Positions 62,810 to 64,000 of a stretch of DNA of 64,000 nucleotides are shown piece after piece. The translations under genes and the position numbers were made by a program. The notes below the pieces were generated by a model that worked only from the letters and a program-made list of their open reading frames with translations, ran no database searches and was not told the DNA's origin. Source of the stretch: the human T2T-CHM13v2.0 reference genome, Homo sapiens; the NCBI RefSeq assembly GCF_009914755.1, contig NC_060929.1; one strand, 5' to 3'. Position 1 is the stretch's first letter, and every line of letters begins with the position of its first letter.

Positions 62810-63350
62810 CAGTTAATCAGTGGTGTAATGATTAAGTACCTGGTCTGTGTAATCAACTGTAATTTTGTATAATTTCTGGCCACATAAATTTCCAAGCAAC
62901 TGTGTGCAAATAACCACTCCTACTTTCACCTGTGTCATCTCTAAAGATGGGGATAGAAGTACAATTTAATGATATAGTTTACAAACAGTATTTAGCACAT
63001 TGCCTGGCTCTTCGTGCTTCATGATGACGATGTGGATGATGATGATGATGATGATGATGATGGTGATGACAATTAAGTGATTCCAGTTAGAAGCAAAGGT
63101 AGGAAAATTAAAAAAAAAAAACCTCTCAGTGCTTAAGCATACTTTGGTCACTACGTAGCAGAATCATAATGAAATAATAAAATGCAGCCCTGAATGAAAT
63201 CTTTTGCCACTTCCTCATTTACAGGTAAGGAAATTAAGACTTATAGTTAAAGAGAGAGACCCTGACTTTAGAATTAGCAGCAGAGCCAAGAACAAAACCC
63301 CAAATCCTTATCCAGGTATCTAAAGTTCTTGTTTTTTCCTCTATATTGTG
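62810..63350. mobile_element. Two MIR fragments (+ ~62810-63010; - ~63130-63350)
   Basis: tcatctctaaagatggggataga..tttagcacattgcctggc; cctcatttacaggtaaggaaattaagact..ttagcagcagagccaag. Confidence 0.6.
63020..63069. repeat. (GAT)n trinucleotide repeat
   Basis: gatgatgatgatgatgatgatgatga. Confidence 0.9.
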
Positions 63351-63749
63351 TTATTTCTGTCTGAAAAACTTCTTTTATCCTTTGCTCCAAACATTTTTAA
63401 AAAGTAAACATTGCAAGTAGAAAACAGATACTAAGGCCAAATTTAGAGAAGAAAGAAAAAAGAAAGAGAGAGACGGAGAGCAGCGAGAGAGGGAGAGAAT
63501 ATTCTTAATTCTCACATTGCCACAAGCTCATTAAAATCTACCTTCATTAACTCTTCAAGAAAAGTGGTCTTGGATAAGAGCCAAGACTATAAGAATATCT
63601 TGGGTTTCATTATTTGCTAGATCTGTATTGGGGAATTAGATTGGACCATACATAACCTGTAAAGGCTTCTTTTTCCTATTCTAAAAGCATTCTTGAGTGT
63701 GATTCTTCAACCTTATCTCAAGACTGAACCTGCTTTCTGTTTTGTCTTA

Positions 63750-64000
63750 TGTAGTAGAATTGTTGGTTAACTACCAGAAAGCCATACTCATCTCTTTCTC
63801 CTTTACCTATTCACAACAGAAAGTCAGGTAATCTCTTTTTCAGCTTCCTTGAAGACAAAGGGTAACCAAGAACAGCTGCAGAGGTGCCTACTGGGGAGCT
63901 TTTAAGTACCTTAAAAAAGGGAATAAGATGAGAAAAAAACTCATTCCCCATTCTTTAAAAAGCTTTGAGCATGAAAATACTATCTGGAGCTAAGGCAGCC
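63750..64000. mobile_element. Old MLT1 (J/K-like) LTR, running off the window edge
   Basis: cagcttccttgaagacaaagggtaacca..ctggagctaaggcagcc. Confidence 0.5.

Noticed and set aside
63215-63232. tttacAG|GTAAGG recursive-site-like motif
   Set aside because: It is a mutated MIR core (ttttacagatgagg), so the TE explains it.

Overview
AT-rich, CpG-depleted primate (human-like) genomic DNA, intronic or intergenic in character. I see no CpG island, no recognisable protein-coding exon of a known gene, no RNA gene and no prokaryotic system. Much of the window is interspersed repeat: about 13 Alu elements or fragments, two large L1s (one with a twin-priming 5' inversion), older L1M, L2, MIR and CR1/L3 relics, solo LTRs (THE1D, MLT1, LTR16-like, ERVL-like), a Tigger3b and a Charlie-like hAT relic. 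The supplied ORFs are repeat-derived or chance ORFs. The best non-repeat signal is a TE-poor stretch at ~12.1-14.3 kb holding a duplicated 48-bp polypyrimidine/AG/CTGAGTG/GTGA cassette and several other + strand splice-site pairs, a candidate microexon cluster of an unidentified host gene. Also notable are a layered ~880-bp quasi-palindrome at 8.6-9.5 kb and an old tandem duplication at 24.4-25.25 kb. Repeat subfamily names are from recalled consensus motifs, not from a RepeatMasker run, and boundaries of old repeats are approximate.
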